A DNA stretch of 63,976 nt, counting the filler, from Thelocarpon superellum (Eukaryota): assembly GCA_026025795.1 (NCBI GenBank). It is 3 parts of 3 records of this genome, joined end to end, with 100 filler letters (N's around TTAATTAATTAA, not from the genome) between each part and the next. Parts side by side here need not be neighbours in the genome. Positions count along the whole stretch, not along the records: positions 44,798 to 63,976 come from JAPEUG010000347.1; 2 more parts are not named here. The stretch is one strand, 5' to 3'. Made by a program: the position numbers and the translations under genes. Below are positions 61,409 through 63,976 of the stretch, piece after piece. The notes below the pieces were generated by a model. That model was not told the DNA's origin. It searched no databases and worked only from the letters and a program-made list of their open reading frames with translations. Within the stretch, counting starts at the first letter, position 1. Each line of letters starts with the position of its first letter.

Positions 61409-63976
61409 GCTTCAGCGTGGCGGCCGAATCCGTGGTAGATGGCGACGGCGGTCGAATATTCGATGACGATGGAGGCGCGGGGATGTGAGGCCGCGGCGGG
61501 CCGCGACAACCCCGGAGTCCTCGATGCTACACGATGTTGGTCGGATCCGTGGCGAGACGAGGCGTGTGCTGCTCGATCGGACACCCGGCGAACGAAGTGC
61601 GCGACCACCAGGGGCAGCGGGGGATGGGTGAAGGGTGATGGGCGCCCGTTGCGGTCGCAAGGCTGCGAGCGGGGAGACGATGATCGGAATTTGGCGGCGA
61701 CGCAGCGCTTTTGCGTCGTCGGCGGGCGGAGGAGCGAGGACAGAGGGCAGGCACCCCCACGGCCTTTGGCGAGATCGGGATCCTGGCGACTGCTGCTTCG
61801 CTCTCTACAAGTACTTCGGACGAGGATGGCACCGCGATCTGGTACTGCGTACGGATAAGGGTCCTCGCCCTCGTCGTGATGGATCGTCGTCGGCTGAGCG
61901 CGCCCGCGGGTCCGGTCTTGCGTCACACCACTCGAGAGGCCAGCGAGCCAACGAGCGCAGTTTCGCCGACGCGTTCACCACGGCATCCAGCAGGATCGAG
62001 GCTGGGTATTTATGAGAAGCTCTCCGCGTTGGGAATAAGAATTGACTCAACGATCCGTCCTACCACACACATGCAGGGCGGCGCCGGCAATAACATGCAG
62101 CTCGTCCCGGAACCATCGGGCAGGAGAGCGTGGCAGACGCTATACATGCGAGCAATGGCGGGGGACGGGCGGCGCGCAGGAACTCGTTAGGTAACGACGG
62201 GGGGGCGCAACCGAGCCATGGCCGCCCCGACGCTGAGTGACCAACCGCCGGCCGCTCCGCCTGGCCCGACAACGGTGACGAATGATGGGTATGGCAGATG
62301 TCTCCAGGTCCCAGGTTGACACCGTAGTGGGCGACGGACACAGACTCTGCTCTCGTACGCAGGTCTCAGAGTCATCAGAAGTCGGTGAGGCTCATCGGGT
62401 TATCACGGAAGAGAGAGGGGCGTGCAAAAAAGATGACGCCCGAGAAAGACACGTCAGATTGGAGGACAGAGAGTAGTTCGCCCACCCAGTATACCGCCAA
62501 AGCCGGGGGCGAGGACCCTGTCCGCGATTGACCTATCAGCTCGTACCATACTTGGTGCTGCTGCTGCTTGCCGACTGCAGAGTGCAGAGTGCAGATTGCT
62601 GGCTGTGAGCGGCCCCGCCACGACACACCCAGCGCCAAATCCACGAGGTCTGTCACCCCGGAGTGCCGCCGGAGTGCCGGGCAAAGATGAGGGCCCGCAC
62701 AAAAGTTTGCTGCACAAGTTGTCACCGTGTGGGGGCCAGCGCCCCGGTGAGTGGTGCGAGGCGAGTGGCGAATAGTGACACGGGGGGCGGCCTGCATCAC
62801 TTTCTCCTCATTTCGTGCTCTACCGTACACATCCTGACTGGAGATCCGTTGTCGCACACGACCTCCCTCCCTCCGGTCCCTCCGGTCCCTCCGGTCCCAC
62901 CCGCCAGAGCACCCCGGTCCGCATGGAGAGAATGGTCGAGGGCTCGACCATTGTCTCCTCACGTTGGACACACGTCGGCCCCCGAGGGCCCCAGGGGCCG
63001 GGACGTAATTCCAGGTGTCGACTGGGGAACTCGTCGTTCATGGGCGACGTGATGACTGGATTGTGTCACCGTCGCTAGACGTGTCCAAACTCTTGCGGTG
63101 CACATGATCGGTCAACCGTCGGGTTGGGAGCGCTACCTGCTCCCACTGGGTCTACGGTGCGCCGTCCGGGTGGTATGTGCGACGTGAGCTGGTGGACATC
63201 GCCGCCGTATGGGCCTACGGGGGAGGCGTGGGAAGGGAGAGGAGACTGAGGGTGGAACTGGCCGAGGGCAAGCGAGACGCCCGCAACAGGTCCCTTCCGC
63301 ACGCAGACTTGGATGGTCGGCAGCTTGCGACGAACCACGGCGAGGCGGCACCCGGGCGGTAGGGTACGAGTTCTCGAACGGTCTGTTCCCTTCCTACCGC
63401 GGTGACTAGCACCAGGCACCCCGAAAGACTCCGAGGCAGAGGACGCCTGGGGACATCGCTGCCTTCGTACTCGTCGCTGGGACGAGCACCCTCGAGTTGG
63501 CGCTACCACCGAAGCGTCAGCGCATAGACAGGGGAACCGGCTTGGTCCGCCTGCCCCTAAGCCGTCCAGCTTTCTCCACAGCCCCGCCGGCCCACGCAGG
63601 AAGGACGATGGCGACGAGCGCGAGCGTGCGAGCGATGAAAGAGATCATGTACTTCGTATCACGTCCATCATGGATGAGCTTCCCCCGATCTTCACGCACC
63701 ATGCTCGCCTCGGGATAGAGTTGGCCTGATAGACGGACGCTTGGGTCCTCCCCCGCTGATTGTCGAGATTGTCTTCACCTATCGCGGTACTCGTTCTCCT
63801 GAAACGACGGGCCAGCTCGCCAAGCATCTCCAAAATCGCCTGATCCGGTAAGGCGCCGTCGTCTTGGCCCCAAACCGCCGGGAAATCTGCCAGGATCGAA
63901 CCTCTCGAGAGCGCTGCCAGCGATCGTGGAGACACCGTTGTTCGGAGGCCTCTCCATCGTTGCGCTCGAAGATTGT

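Noticed and set aside
63075..63976. Possible minus-strand gene fragment (GKLIHDGRDTKY faintly resembles a Zn2Cys6 transcription factor linker)
   Set aside because: Could not build a consistent exon structure and the resemblance is too short to support a call.

Overview
Eukaryotic, GC-rich DNA from a filamentous ascomycete fungus (short spliceosomal introns with CTRAC/CTAAC branch sites, and recognisable fungal genes). The window is three contigs joined by artificial 100-bp spacers (44N-TTAATTAATTAA-44N at 22334-22433 and 44698-44797), so adjacency across the spacers is not biological evidence. Contig 1 is mostly housekeeping: ATG26, LPD1, SGD1/NOM1, SRP14, GBP2/HRB1-like, COQ9 and an orphan CAAX-terminated protein. 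Contig 2 has a PTH11-like receptor, a kinase-like pseudogene, a PhiA-like secreted protein, a compact cluster (IPK1, ECM15-like, lipocalin-like, SYF2, COQ11-like, YAF9) and a GH2 beta-mannosidase. Contig 3 is rich in secreted and decaying genes and also has a CAMK-family kinase. The best finding is a tiny (~90 bp) TG...CA mobile element with 7-bp terminal inverted repeats, 4-bp target-site duplications and conserved paired CACGTG boxes, present in three copies in upstream/intergenic positions. Other points of interest: two convergent genes whose stop codons overlap in one CTAG, an 8-nt micro-exon inside an RNP1 motif, three GC-AG introns, and a candidate Kex2-processed peptide precursor. All gene models were read by eye and family calls come from recalled motifs, not database searches.
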